A stretch of 64,000 bases of DNA from IMG/VR virus record IMGVR_UViG_3300048033_001554, positions 20,354 through 84,353 of that record; one strand, written 5' to 3'. Source of the stretch: a virus. Under the pieces are notes generated by a model. The model saw only the letters and a program-made list of their open reading frames with translations, was not told the DNA's origin and searched no databases. This document shows, piece after piece, positions 19,811 to 29,508 of this stretch; position 1 is the first letter of the stretch, and every line of letters starts with the position of its first letter. A program made the translations under genes and the position numbers.

Positions 19811-20883
19811 TATTGAGCTCCTGGATCTTGTGGTGGAGTCTCAACAGCTTCGTCAACAGCACCACTTGTAGTGTCATCACCTTCTTCATAGTCGTCGGCC
19901 GTTTGAATAGAAAGTTCTTGTAATGACAGTGATATGCTAACTCCAGCAGGTTTACCACCTTTCATAATAGAAACACCGCCACCTGCACCATAGTCAACAG
20001 TAAAGTTTTGAACCATTGCTGGCTTAAAGCTCATAAAAGAGTTTTCATCAATACCAATTAAATATATCTTAACAACGTGCGGATATTTAAGAAAAGCTCT
20101 TTCAAAATCAACCACAGTACCAAGGCTAAAGTTTTCAGTTGCTGGAAGAACAGATCTTTTCATAACATTTATTATTTTGTTGATTTGATCTGAATCTTCT
20201 TTATTGCTTGGAAACAACTCCCAATTAAATTGATGGGATCTTAAACCAACACCTTCAAAAGCTAATGTTTCTTTTGGGTTTAAAGCTGAACCGAAAACTT
20301 GGTTTGCAGTAGATCCCATATTGTCACTAACATAAGGACTAAACTTTTGAAGCAAGTATTGAGCTGCTTTTGCTGTATTGGCAACACCCATATCAGACAG
20401 TGTTTTAGTTAAGCTTCCCATCACATCGCCGCTGCCACCTGCCATGGCACTACCCATGAACTGCGCAAAGTTTGCTCCACCTTGTTGTAGTTTTCCAGCC
20501 ACATCACCAATAGTAGTATCTCCGCCAGCTAAACCTGCAAGGCCTGACGCTAGCTTTTCTGCAATAGGATCCATACTAAAACCGTTTAAAGTAATATCAG
20601 TTGAGTCAGAAAGTTGTTTTGGAAATGGCAATTCTATTGCTCTACTATTTCTTAAATTGGCTCCAGATGTTCTGCCAGCTTCGCCAAGCGCATTAGCTGA
20701 TAATAGACCAGAGACGTATTCGCTAGATCCGCCATTATTTTTAGTATATCCTTTTTCAAAGCTATATTCTTCGAAAACTAAAAGCATAGTATGAGGATGT
20801 GGTTTAGAAGGAAATCTATAGATGTTAGCGGTAGCGCTTTGCTTTTCGCTTGCCCTTCTATATACCTCTGGTCTACTGCTCAT
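19810..20883 (-). CDS. gp48: Baseplate tail-tube cap gp48-like
   Basis: IELPFP; NPKETLAFEGVGLRSHQFNWELFP; FLKYP; SLSLQEL. Confidence 0.75.
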   Translation of the reverse strand: MSSRPEVYRRASEKQSATANIYRFPSKPHPHTMLLVFEEYSFEKGYTKNNGGSSEYVSGLLSANALGEAGRTSGANLRNSRAIELPFPKQLSDSTDITLNGFSMDPIAEKLASGLAGLAGGDTTIGDVAGKLQQGGANFAQFMGSAMAGGSGDVMGSLTKTLSDMGVANTAKAAQYLLQKFSPYVSDNMGSTANQVFGSALNPKETLAFEGVGLRSHQFNWELFPSNKEDSDQINKIINVMKRSVLPATENFSLGTVVDFERAFLKYPHVVKIYLIGIDENSFMSFKPAMVQNFTVDYGAGGGVSIMKGGKPAGVSISLSLQELSIQTADDYEEGDDTTSGAVDEAVETPPQDPGAQ

Positions 20884-20900
20884 TGTGTTGTGCCCTTGAT

Positions 20901-20928
20901 TATAAATAGTTTATTAGTTCTATTTATA
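20901..20928. promoter_or_regulatory. Pair of crossing late promoters
   Basis: TATAAATA at 20901-20908 (+, towards gp4) and at 20921-20928 (-, towards gp48). Confidence 0.75.
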
Positions 20929-20947
20929 ACAAATCGTGAGGTAACAT

Positions 20948-21403
20948 TTGGCGTATAATGGAAGGTTTCGGCCTAAAAACCCTCATAAATACAAGGGTGA
21001 TCCAACTAAGATTATTTATAGATCTTCTTGGGAGCTAAGATTTTTTAGCACTTGCGATAGACACCCAGATGTAATATGGTGGCAAAGTGAAGAAGTAGTT
21101 GTACCATATGTTTCTCCAATTGATGGGCGTAGGCATAGATATTTCCCTGATGTGATTACTCATGTTAGAACTTCTGATGGAAAGACAAAAACGATTATGA
21201 TTGAAATTAAACCGAAGGCTCAAACCAAGCCTCCGGATAGATCTAAAAAGAATACTGCCAAGGGACGAGTATCTAGAAGATATTTGAACGAGGTTAAAAC
21301 ATACGGGATTAACGAAGCAAAGTGGAAAGCAGCTAAAATATACTGCGCACAACGTGGATGGGAATTCAAAATTTATACTGAAGATACATTAGGAATCAAA
21401 TAG
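20948..21403 (+). CDS. gp4: Head completion nuclease gp4 (TnsA-like)
   Basis: YKGDPTKIIYRSSWE; HRYFPD; IEIKP; NEAKWKAA. Confidence 0.92.
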   Translation: MAYNGRFRPKNPHKYKGDPTKIIYRSSWELRFFSTCDRHPDVIWWQSEEVVVPYVSPIDGRRHRYFPDVITHVRTSDGKTKTIMIEIKPKAQTKPPDRSKKNTAKGRVSRRYLNEVKTYGINEAKWKAAKIYCAQRGWEFKIYTEDTLGIK

Positions 21404-22027
21404 ATGGCTGAAATATTTAACGATATATTGCTTAGAGGTATTAGATCAGGACAAGCTCCTGCTCGTTCAGCTGCTGCCCGCGATTGGTATAGAACACAAG
21501 CTAAAGAAGTTACACGAACAAAAAGAAATAGATCACAAGGTGATAAGCTTATTCGAGAGCTAAGATCTGATAAAGATCGTAGGCAGGATAGCAAATTTAT
21601 GATGGGTAATATGTACCTATTTGCTTATGATCCTAAACATAAAGACACACTACCATATTATGATAGGTTTCCACTCATATTTCCAATAAATAAAGCAAAG
21701 GGTGGATTTCTTGGAATTAACATGCATTATTTGCCACCGATATTAAGGGCAAAACTAATGGATCAATTATATACCATACTCAATAATAAGAATTTTGACG
21801 AATCAACAAGACTTACAGCATCATATAAAGTTTTAAATGGAGCAGCTAAATTTAAAGAATTTGGTCCTTGTATTAAACATTATTTGAATGCGCATGTAAG
21901 AGCAAAGCCAGCGTATATTAACCCAGCAGAATGGGATATCGCATTGTTCTTACCGACGCAGAAATTTGTTGGTGCTACTGCAAGTCAAGTATATGCTGAT
22001 TCTAGAAAAATCATAAGAGGCAAATAA
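21404..22027 (+). CDS. gp2: DNA end protector protein gp2
   Basis: YDPKHKDTLPYYDRFPLIF; GINMHYLPP; CIKHYL. Confidence 0.92.
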   Translation: MAEIFNDILLRGIRSGQAPARSAAARDWYRTQAKEVTRTKRNRSQGDKLIRELRSDKDRRQDSKFMMGNMYLFAYDPKHKDTLPYYDRFPLIFPINKAKGGFLGINMHYLPPILRAKLMDQLYTILNNKNFDESTRLTASYKVLNGAAKFKEFGPCIKHYLNAHVRAKPAYINPAEWDIALFLPTQKFVGATASQVYADSRKIIRGK

Positions 22028-22773
22028 TGGCATTTAGGATAAACGAATTTAAATCACAAATGGATTACTTTGGAGGTCCAGCTCGTGGATCTTTGTTTGA
22101 AGTGCAAATCGTTACTCCAAAAGGAGTTAAGTCTAGAGCAAATTCAAGAGACTTAATTTTCTTTTGTAAAAATGCTTCTATACCTGGAATGACCATCAAT
22201 GCTGCTCAAAATGAACAGGTTGGCCAGTTTCGTAAAATGATGCCACAATCTATACAAATTGAACCAGTACAAGCTATCTTTATGCTCGATTCAGATCACC
22301 AAGTATTATCTTTTTTCCATTCATGGATGCAAAACATTGTTAACTATGGTACTGCAGCTGGTGATTTTGCTGAGGTGGGTGGCAAACTTCCTTTTGAAAT
22401 TGGATATAAAGATGAATATTCTTGTCGTGTTATCATTAGACAATACTCAACAAACTATCAAACATCAGGTCAATATTATGAAGTAATATTAGATAATGCG
22501 TTTCCAATTGCGGTTGGTGACGTTGATCTCGCGTGGGAATCCAGCGACAGCTATTCAGTACTACCAGTGAGTTTCCAGTATGATCGTATTGAAGTTACTG
22601 GCGAACAAATTGGTTCACCTACTGCTCGGTTTGGTAGAGGTAATGGTGTACTTGATTTATTCAATGCAATCGGATCTTTTGGGCAATTGATTGGTCAAAA
22701 CTTGGTTCCACGCTCAGTACAAGAAGCAGTAGATAAATATACGCGCGTCAGAAACGCAATTGATAGATTTTAA
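22027..22773 (+). CDS. Tail tube initiator gp54 / gp19-like protein
   Basis: GPARGSLFEVQI; ASIPG; NAFPIAVGDVDLAW tube-fold motifs. Confidence 0.7.
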   Translation: MAFRINEFKSQMDYFGGPARGSLFEVQIVTPKGVKSRANSRDLIFFCKNASIPGMTINAAQNEQVGQFRKMMPQSIQIEPVQAIFMLDSDHQVLSFFHSWMQNIVNYGTAAGDFAEVGGKLPFEIGYKDEYSCRVIIRQYSTNYQTSGQYYEVILDNAFPIAVGDVDLAWESSDSYSVLPVSFQYDRIEVTGEQIGSPTARFGRGNGVLDLFNAIGSFGQLIGQNLVPRSVQEAVDKYTRVRNAIDRF

Positions 22774-22795
22774 AATGAATTTGGAGAAATAAATT

Positions 22796-23497
22796 ATGGC
22801 ATTACCTAAGATTGACTTACCTATTTTTGAAGTAAAACTTCCTTCTACCCGTGAAAAGGTAAAACTTAGACCTTTTACTGTTAAAGAAGAAAAAATACTT
22901 TTGGTTGCTCGGGAATCTGGAGCAGGTGAAGATACTATTATTGGTATTAAACAAGTAGTTAATAATTGCTTAATTGATAAAGATGTGTCAGAACTTGCGA
23001 TGTTTGATTTAGAATTTGTATTAGTTGTTTTAAGATCAAGATCAGTAGACAACAACGTTTCTTTCCAAATCCAAGATCCTGATACTGAAGAAGTAGTAGA
23101 CTTATCAGTTGACCTAGACGATATTACTATTGTTAGAAAAGAAGATCACACTAATAAAGTTCAAATTAACGAAGATTATACTTTATTTTTAAAGTATCCA
23201 ACGATAGACGAATTTATTAAGATTTCTTCTTTGGATGATGGCGATCCATTGGCAAGTTATTTTATTATGATTTCTTGTTTGGATAGTGTAGTATCTGAAG
23301 ATGAAGTACACTATTTTAAAGACTACACTGAAGAAGAAATTAATGATTTCATGGAAAATACATCCGGTGAAGTTATTAAAGGAATTCAACATTTCTTTGA
23401 AACAGTTCCAAAGCTTAGACATGAAATGAAATATACGAATAAAAATGGCGATGAAAAAACTTTCGTACTTGAAGGAATGAATAGTTTTTTTATCTAG
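22796..23497 (+). CDS. gp26: Baseplate hub assembly protein gp26
   Basis: MALPKIDLP..LPST..RPFTVKEEKILL; FDLEFVLVVLRSRSV; ends LEGMNSFFI. Confidence 0.88.
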   Translation: MALPKIDLPIFEVKLPSTREKVKLRPFTVKEEKILLVARESGAGEDTIIGIKQVVNNCLIDKDVSELAMFDLEFVLVVLRSRSVDNNVSFQIQDPDTEEVVDLSVDLDDITIVRKEDHTNKVQINEDYTLFLKYPTIDEFIKISSLDDGDPLASYFIMISCLDSVVSEDEVHYFKDYTEEEINDFMENTSGEVIKGIQHFFETVPKLRHEMKYTNKNGDEKTFVLEGMNSFFI

Positions 23498-23664
23498 TGC
23501 TGTGCCACATCAATTTAGGGGATTACTATAAAATGATATTTTCTATGGCACAGCACCATAAATATTCTATATCTGAGATTGAAAGTATGCTACCTTATGA
23601 AAGAGATTTATATTTTGGTATGTTAGTTGATTATATAGAAAAACAAAACGAAAAAAATAGTTAA
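23497..23664 (+). CDS. gp51: gp51-like baseplate hub assembly chaperone; small ORF in the -1 frame relative to gp26
   Basis: Translated by hand: VLCHINLGDYYKMIFSMAQHHKYSISEIESMLPYERDLYFGMLVDYIEKQNEKNS*; too short for the ORF track. Confidence 0.75.
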   Translation: MLCHINLGDYYKMIFSMAQHHKYSISEIESMLPYERDLYFGMLVDYIEKQNEKNS

Positions 23665-23678
23665 ATAGGAATAATTTA

Positions 23679-25628
23679 ATGGCCGAGCTGTCAGACGAAA
23701 CAAAAGCTATATTAAAAGGACTAAAAGATGAAGGGTTGCTTACCAGGAATACTGGTGCTAACTCTATCAAGTCTTTGGGCATTAAATTTGATAAATTTTC
23801 CGGAGTTCTTAATAGTATTAATACTAACATTATTTCTCAAAATGAAATGATGGCTAAACAATTAGACATATCTTATGATGCTGCTGCAGCGGCTAGAAAT
23901 AAAGAACAATTCGATGAAATTGATTCATCAAATGATAGTAAGCCTTCTTTACCGCAGACAGACACTGGAGGTGAAGATAAAACATATAAAGTTATTGATA
24001 CGATAGGTGAGAAAATGGCGAGTGCATTTTCTCTCAAAAACATAGCAATGGGTTTAGCGGGCGGTTTTGTAGGATACAACCTGTTAAAAGGATTTGTGGA
24101 TGAAAAAACGAATGGTGGATTTACTGCATTTGAAAGCAATATTGGAAAGATAATTACCGATATTTCTGCAGTAGACTTTAGCAAGTTTGCTCCTAGTATG
24201 GAAACTTTAACTGCAACTATTGATAAAATGAAAGAAGCAGTAGATAAAATATCAGACACAATAACAAAAATTACAGAGTTTGGTTGGGATGATTTGTTTG
24301 GTGCTTTATGGAATACTATGGGTGCTATTACTGCGTATAACTTGACTATGGGTGTTCTTAATAAAGTCATGGCGGGCAGAGCAGGTAAAGCGTCTGGGGC
24401 AGGTAAAAAAGGACTACTCAAAAAACTATTAGCAGGTGGACTTGGCGTAGGAGCAATCGCGGCGTCTGGTGCATTAACACCGGATGAAATTAAAGCGGGC
24501 AAAGCAGAAATAGATGCAGATAAAGCAAACTTAGAAAAATCACGAGCAGCACAAGCTAAATATTCAAGAGGCGGAGCTGGTAATACTAGCATTACACCAA
24601 GACCCGGCGCTATACCAGACGCGGATGGAAACGTAACTTCTAAAAGTGGTAAAGTATACGCAGCTGATAGCCCACAAGGCAAAATGATAACAACAGCCGG
24701 TGGTACCATAACACCAGATCAAAGAGCAGCACTTGGTGGGTATGATAACTATAGACCAAATGCGGCGGTGCCTTCACCAAGGGCAGCTGCAGGCGTGGCG
24801 GCAGATGCAGTAGCTGATAGCGGTGGTACTGTAGGTAAAGAAGTTTTAGCTAGAAATAAAGGTAGAATAGCTAAATTAGTTGCACAAAAAATTAGTGGTG
24901 TATTCATTAAAGCAGTTCCTGGTTTGGGTATGATAGCTGGAGCTGGTTTTGCTTTGTGGAGTTTAGCTCGTGGTGATTTTACTACAGCAGCTTTAGAAGC
25001 AGCTTCTATCCCGGCTCCTTCATTAGCTGGTGCTCCATTAGACGTAGGAGCTGTTGCTACTGCAGTATTCTTTGAAGTTACTGGTGAAACTTACAACCAA
25101 GGAAATGAAGACCACCGAGCAATTATGATTGGAATTGGTGAAGAAGTTGCTAAGCAATGGGAAGAGTGGAAAGCTAAAAGAGAACAAGAAGGCAAAGATT
25201 TTGAGCAAAAAGTTAACCAAATGGCAGCTGATGAAAGAATGGCTGGCGGTGGTGTAGATACTTCTACTACTGTTGGTGCATTTAGCGGTCAAACTCCTGA
25301 GGAATACTTCCAAAGCTTATCTGACGATCCTAACTTTAAAGGAAACTATACTTATGATAAGTATGGTACTCAATACGTCACTCGTCCAGGTAATCCTATG
25401 CGCCAAAGAGTATCATCTAGACAAGAAAGAGCGGCGCAACTGTCTTCTGTAGGAAACGGTGCAGGTGGCGGAGGTGCGGTAATAGTTAACAACAATACTA
25501 GCGCTCCAAACTATGTAACTAATGTTTCAAATGGTGGAGATACAGTAGCAGTTTCTCAAAATAGCGTTAGCGGTGGAGGTGATGGAAGTGCAACTAATTT
25601 CTATAATCTGCCAGGTGGAATCCAATAA
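23679..25628 (+). CDS. Tape-measure / gp29-like baseplate hub protein
   Basis: Ala/Gly-rich and helical; follows gp26/gp51; C-terminal IVNNNTSAP..NVSN low-complexity tail. Confidence 0.55.
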   Translation: MAELSDETKAILKGLKDEGLLTRNTGANSIKSLGIKFDKFSGVLNSINTNIISQNEMMAKQLDISYDAAAAARNKEQFDEIDSSNDSKPSLPQTDTGGEDKTYKVIDTIGEKMASAFSLKNIAMGLAGGFVGYNLLKGFVDEKTNGGFTAFESNIGKIITDISAVDFSKFAPSMETLTATIDKMKEAVDKISDTITKITEFGWDDLFGALWNTMGAITAYNLTMGVLNKVMAGRAGKASGAGKKGLLKKLLAGGLGVGAIAASGALTPDEIKAGKAEIDADKANLEKSRAAQAKYSRGGAGNTSITPRPGAIPDADGNVTSKSGKVYAADSPQGKMITTAGGTITPDQRAALGGYDNYRPNAAVPSPRAAAGVAADAVADSGGTVGKEVLARNKGRIAKLVAQKISGVFIKAVPGLGMIAGAGFALWSLARGDFTTAALEAASIPAPSLAGAPLDVGAVATAVFFEVTGETYNQGNEDHRAIMIGIGEEVAKQWEEWKAKREQEGKDFEQKVNQMAADERMAGGGVDTSTTVGAFSGQTPEEYFQSLSDDPNFKGNYTYDKYGTQYVTRPGNPMRQRVSSRQERAAQLSSVGNGAGGGGAVIVNNNTSAPNYVTNVSNGGDTVAVSQNSVSGGGDGSATNFYNLPGGIQ

Positions 25629-25654
25629 AAAAGGGAGCGTTAAGCTCCCTTTCT
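25627..25654. terminator. Bidirectional rho-independent terminator
   Basis: AAAGGGAGC-GTTAA-GCTCCCTTT stem with A/T tracts, between convergent genes. Confidence 0.8.
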
Positions 25655-25669
25655 CTTGTTCTTTAAATG

Positions 25670-25891
25670 TTAGTCTTTCTTAGATACGAAAGAATACATC
25701 TCTTTAGCTTTTTCCATCAAATCATCCATGCTATATGGAGTCATTGCTTCTTTAAGCTCTTCAGCATTCTTTTTTCCAGCTTCAAACATTTTTGTAGCGA
25801 ACTCGACGTTCATTTGAGTTTGCTTATCCATATAATCTTTAGCCATTTCAAGGACTTCAGTACGGATTTCGAATGGGTTTTTATTTGACAT
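25670..25891 (-). CDS. Hypothetical protein
   Basis: 73 aa; AGGAG SD upstream of the ATG. Confidence 0.7.
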   Translation of the reverse strand: MSNKNPFEIRTEVLEMAKDYMDKQTQMNVEFATKMFEAGKKNAEELKEAMTPYSMDDLMEKAKEMYSFVSKKD

Positions 25892-25918
25892 AATAGTTCT
25901 CCTAGTGTGTGTATGTGT

Positions 25919-26107
25919 TTAACCAGAAATGTATACACCTTTTGGTCTATACCAGTTTTTCTGGTGGAAAATCTTAGCTTTAAGATCTTCGATTGATTGA
26001 ACCTCAAATCCTACTGATCCCATGCGTTGATGTTGTAGTAGTATAAGAGCTTCTTCTATTAAGTTGATGTCTTCAACATCTAACTCAAATGTTGTATTTG
26101 GTTTCAT
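25919..26107 (-). CDS. Hypothetical protein
   Basis: 62 aa, co-oriented with neighbours. Confidence 0.6.
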   Translation of the reverse strand: MKPNTTFELDVEDINLIEEALILLQHQRMGSVGFEVQSIEDLKAKIFHQKNWYRPKGVYISG

Positions 26108-26126
26108 AATATAGCTTTCAATAAAT

Positions 26127-26148
26127 GAGACGACCCGAAGGCCGTCTC
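26127..26148 (-). terminator. Terminator-like hairpin after hsp20
   Basis: GAGACGGCC-TTCG-GGTCGTCTC followed by ATTTATT on the minus strand. Confidence 0.65.
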
Positions 26149-26159
26149 TTTAGAGTTAT

Positions 26160-26630
26160 TTATCCTTTAAGAAGTTCTTTCTCAGTATTGCCAATAGGGA
26201 TTTTACGAGGTTTCTTCTCTTCAGGAATTACATTCTCTAGATCAATGTACAACATTCCGTGGCTAAGATCTGCGCCTCGAACTACAATTGTATCTGAGAG
26301 TGTAAAGCTTCTACAAAAAGAACGAGTTGAAATACCCTTATGCAAGTAATGTGCTTCTTCTTGATCTTCTTTTTTACCCTCGACGTGTAGAACGCCTTCT
26401 CTTACTTCGATATTAATTTCGTCTTCAAGAAAACCAGCTACAGCTATGTCGATAGTGTAGTTGTTTTCATCTACTTTAATAATATTGTATGGAGGGTAAT
26501 TGTTTGTTTGACCTGGAGTTGATGCATGCATCTTGTTTAGAATTTTATCTAATCCAATAAACATTGGGTCGTTGAGCATGCTCGCGTTTATTCTACGTGT
26601 TTGCGGATCAACTGGTTTAGTGTATGTCAT
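26160..26630 (-). CDS. hsp20: Small heat-shock protein Hsp20 (IbpA-like)
   Basis: NYPPYNIIK; AVAGF; YLHKGISTRSF; GMLYIDL..IPEEKKPRKIPI; start moved to ATG 26630 behind an AAGGAG SD. Confidence 0.93.
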   Translation of the reverse strand: MTYTKPVDPQTRRINASMLNDPMFIGLDKILNKMHASTPGQTNNYPPYNIIKVDENNYTIDIAVAGFLEDEINIEVREGVLHVEGKKEDQEEAHYLHKGISTRSFCRSFTLSDTIVVRGADLSHGMLYIDLENVIPEEKKPRKIPIGNTEKELLKG

Positions 26631-26726
26631 ATTGCTATCTCCTTTATTAAGCAAGATTTATGTTTGCCGTTATAAACCGGCGATTAAAGTGTAGGAACCC
26701 GAAGCATTCCTACACTATTATTTATA
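26631..26726 (-). promoter_or_regulatory. Late promoter plus ROSE-like RNA-thermometer leader of hsp20
   Basis: TATAAATA at 26719-26726, two hairpins, then AUCUUGCUU-AAUA-AAGGAGAU, which masks the SD. Confidence 0.6.
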
Positions 26727-26730
26727 TAGC

Positions 26731-27243
26731 TTATTCTGTTCCTGTGCTACCAAAACCACCATTTCGGTCAGTTTTTTGTACTGGTTTTTCTTTTGTTTCA
26801 GTAATTTTAACTCGAAGAGTTTTTTCAATCAAACATTGAGCAATGCGCTCGCCATGTTCAATTGTTGCCATACTGTCTGAAACATTCTCCAACATCATGA
26901 AAGATTCTTCCACATAGTCTGAGTCAATTATACCAACTCCATTCGCCATTGTCAATCCTTTTTTAAGAGCTTGACCAGAACGAATATACATTTTCATTAC
27001 ATGTTTTTCAGGAATATCAAAGATAAGACCTGTTGGCACAAGTACTCGAATGCCTGGCGGTAATTGAAAGGAATTTGGAATTGCGCCAACACCTTTAACA
27101 ACAATAGACATTTCTTTGTTGAAGGCGTTAAAAGATTTTAAACGTTGTCCATTTTGAATACATGCTTTAATATCAAAACAGGCCGATCCATCTGTAGCAT
27201 ACTCAGGTAGCTCTGCTCTATCATTCACTTTATATACGTTCAT
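26731..27243 (-). CDS. dut: Trimeric dUTPase
   Basis: GSACFDI; VPTGL; IRSG; GIIDSDY; ERIAQ; RNGGFGSTG. Confidence 0.95.
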   Translation of the reverse strand: MNVYKVNDRAELPEYATDGSACFDIKACIQNGQRLKSFNAFNKEMSIVVKGVGAIPNSFQLPPGIRVLVPTGLIFDIPEKHVMKMYIRSGQALKKGLTMANGVGIIDSDYVEESFMMLENVSDSMATIEHGERIAQCLIEKTLRVKITETKEKPVQKTDRNGGFGSTGTE

Positions 27244-27246
27244 AAT

Positions 27247-27648
27247 TTATTTCTTCCCAATGTTATATTTTGCTTCAAGTGTCCAATTTGATTTTTCTTT
27301 GTGAGAAAGAATCTTAACTTGATTTAACGGAGCAATTGGATCGTTAGAACTTTCAGGATCTACGACCTCAATAAGTTCCCACTCTTCTAGCAGGTTTACA
27401 ATCGTGTTTCTTCTTGCTTCGTCTTCGTCAGTAAATGTATTCTTCTTTCCATCTAAAATAAACAACTCTTTAAAATGAAGAATTGCATAACGACCTTGTT
27501 TATGTAGAATGTGGCATGTTTGATATAGCTTCTTTTCTTTACGAGAAGAAATGCCAATTCGAGTTAAAGTTTCTTTAACTTTTAGAAAACTGTCTGGAGA
27601 AGGAAGTGAGATTTCTATACCGACACCTTTAAAAATGTCTTCTTGCAT
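27247..27648 (-). CDS. regA: Translational repressor RegA
   Basis: FLKVKETLTRIGI..KLYQTCHILHKQGRYAILHFKELF. Confidence 0.95.
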   Translation of the reverse strand: MQEDIFKGVGIEISLPSPDSFLKVKETLTRIGISSRKEKKLYQTCHILHKQGRYAILHFKELFILDGKKNTFTDEDEARRNTIVNLLEEWELIEVVDPESSNDPIAPLNQVKILSHKEKSNWTLEAKYNIGKK

Positions 27649-27721
27649 AACAACAGCACCTTATTATTAATTGTTTTTTATGGTTTCACGATGCTCACTT
27701 TGACCATCAATTATATTTATT

Positions 27722-28126
27722 TTATTTTGAAACTCCACCTGTAGTCATCTTATTATGGATTGACTTCAGGTCTTCCTTCGAAAGAGCTTTTAAATAAAGT
27801 TTAGCAACGGTGCGGTTGCATTGATATACATGTTGAATTGCGTCTAGGTCGCCGCTTTTATCAGCCTTAGGCCATTTAGAAAAACGTTTACGTTTACGCA
27901 ATGCTCCACGGTAATATTGAAACTGAGCATCATGGAATAGATGATGTCTCATATTCATTTCGTTTGCATGAAGAACAGTATCTTCAAAGTTTGTGAAACC
28001 TTTATTAACAAGATAAGGTGTGTATTGCTTTTCAATTAAATCGGGAGTTTCATGGCTATGTATGAGGTCTTCCTTTGAGAAAGAAACAGCGTTCATAAAA
28101 TCAAATGGGCTATAGTCCTTCGCCAT
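27722..28126 (-). CDS. gp62: Clamp loader small subunit gp62
   Basis: YTPYLVNKG..DTVLHANEMN; LRKRKRFSKWPK; syntenic with gp44 and regA. Confidence 0.88.
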   Translation of the reverse strand: MAKDYSPFDFMNAVSFSKEDLIHSHETPDLIEKQYTPYLVNKGFTNFEDTVLHANEMNMRHHLFHDAQFQYYRGALRKRKRFSKWPKADKSGDLDAIQHVYQCNRTVAKLYLKALSKEDLKSIHNKMTTGGVSK

Positions 28127-28316
28127 ACTTAACCTCCTCAATAGCTTTTAGCACATCATTCACATCGTCAGCACATTGTTGGCATGCTTTAAGAGTAAGC
28201 AAACCTTCAGCTGTATTTAATTTTACATTAAAAGCAGTCTTTTTGTCAACTCTTTCTTTGCAATAAAAGCATTCAACAGTACGAGAACCGATGAGCTTTT
28301 TCATCCACTCACTCAT
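28110..28316 (-). CDS. Small protein with two CxxC motifs
   Basis: CFYC and CQQC. Confidence 0.6.
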   Translation of the reverse strand: MSEWMKKLIGSRTVECFYCKERVDKKTAFNVKLNTAEGLLTLKACQQCADDVNDVLKAIEEVKYGEGL

Positions 28317-28467
28317 TGTTTTTACCAATTGGATTATCGTAGTAATCAGTCAAGCCTTTACGTTGGCGTTCTTTCTTTTCTTCGATTATCACAGACGATT
28401 GCCAAACGGCGATTGCACCTAAAACTAAGATTGGCAATCCAATCAAGTATTGGATAATAGTTTCCAT
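28309..28467 (-). CDS. Small single-pass membrane protein (52 aa)
   Basis: Translated by hand: METIIQYLIGLPILVLGAIAVWQSSVIIEEKKERQRK...; ATG overlaps the gp44 stop. Confidence 0.55.
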   Translation of the reverse strand: METIIQYLIGLPILVLGAIAVWQSSVIIEEKKERQRKGLTDYYDNPIGKNNE

Positions 28468-29420
28468 TATTGATACTCCGATTCCATCATAACTTCAGTA
28501 AGGAAAGCTACCATGTTAACTTCAAGGTCAGCCACAAAGTTTGCTTTGTACATATAGTCAGCAAGTGTTACAACAAATCCTGGCATTGATTTAAGCTGAA
28601 CTTTGTCTGTTGCCATGTCATAGATACGACGGAACATTTCGTTCATATCTTGGTCAGAGTTAGATGCAACCCACTTACGCATACCAGTAAAGTTTTTTGT
28701 TTTAAGAAGATTGAACAATTCATCCATAGATTCTTGTTTAAGGTTAACAAAGATACCTTCATCAATTTTACCAGAGCCAGCATATGTTTGAAGCTCGGTT
28801 AGTACTCGACGAAAATCTGGGAAGTGGCGTTCAATTACTTTAGCAACTACAGCTTTGTCATATGCTACAGATTCGTTATCAAGTACGTTACATACTCGTT
28901 TAAAGAATTGCATAGCCATTTTAGGACGTTGTGTTGTTTCAATTGTGAAGTCAACTTCAGACAACCGAGAACGAAGTGGTTCAATAATACGATTTTTAAA
29001 ATTACAAGTAAAGATAAAACCACAGTTAGAGGAATATTCTTCAATAAAGTTACGAAGAGCTGGTTGAACAGACGCAGCGTTTAGATAATCAGCTTCATCA
29101 AAGATAACATACTTACGACCACCGGATAGAGACATAGAGGAAGCGTATGTAGAGATTTCATATCGAAGTGTATCGATATTAACATTAAGTGAACCATTCT
29201 TAACGATATAATCGCAACCTAGCTCTTCGAGCATAGCTTTTGCGATTGTAGTTTTACCTACGCCAGGTCCACCAGTAAGAAGGAGGTTAGGAATACTTTC
29301 ATCTTCAACAAACTTTTTGAAAGCAGCCTTTGTTTTTTCAGGAAGGATTGTATCATCAATCTTTTGTGGGCGATACTTTTCGACCCAGAGTACTTCATTT
29401 GCTTTTGCATCAATAGACAT
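28467..29420 (-). CDS. gp44: Clamp loader large subunit gp44 (AAA+)
   Basis: LWVEKYRP; GPGVGKTT; IFDEAD; PLRSR; FPDFRR. Confidence 0.95.
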   Translation of the reverse strand: MSIDAKANEVLWVEKYRPQKIDDTILPEKTKAAFKKFVEDESIPNLLLTGGPGVGKTTIAKAMLEELGCDYIVKNGSLNVNIDTLRYEISTYASSMSLSGGRKYVIFDEADYLNAASVQPALRNFIEEYSSNCGFIFTCNFKNRIIEPLRSRLSEVDFTIETTQRPKMAMQFFKRVCNVLDNESVAYDKAVVAKVIERHFPDFRRVLTELQTYAGSGKIDEGIFVNLKQESMDELFNLLKTKNFTGMRKWVASNSDQDMNEMFRRIYDMATDKVQLKSMPGFVVTLADYMYKANFVADLEVNMVAFLTEVMMESEYQ

Positions 29421-29508
29421 GTCATCACCATCATAATATAAAAATAAGATGCAGGTTTGTTTAGCAACGAGAGCCTGCTTCGTTCGGTCCCTAGGTAGCG
29501 CCTAGTTA

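Noticed and set aside
23873-24709. 278-aa minus-strand ORF
   Set aside because: Antisense mirror of the Ala/Gly-rich tape-measure-like gene, with no recognisable motifs
29445-29508. Two small hairpins upstream of gp44
   Set aside because: Short stems compatible with an ordinary terminator or processing site; not enough to call an ncRNA
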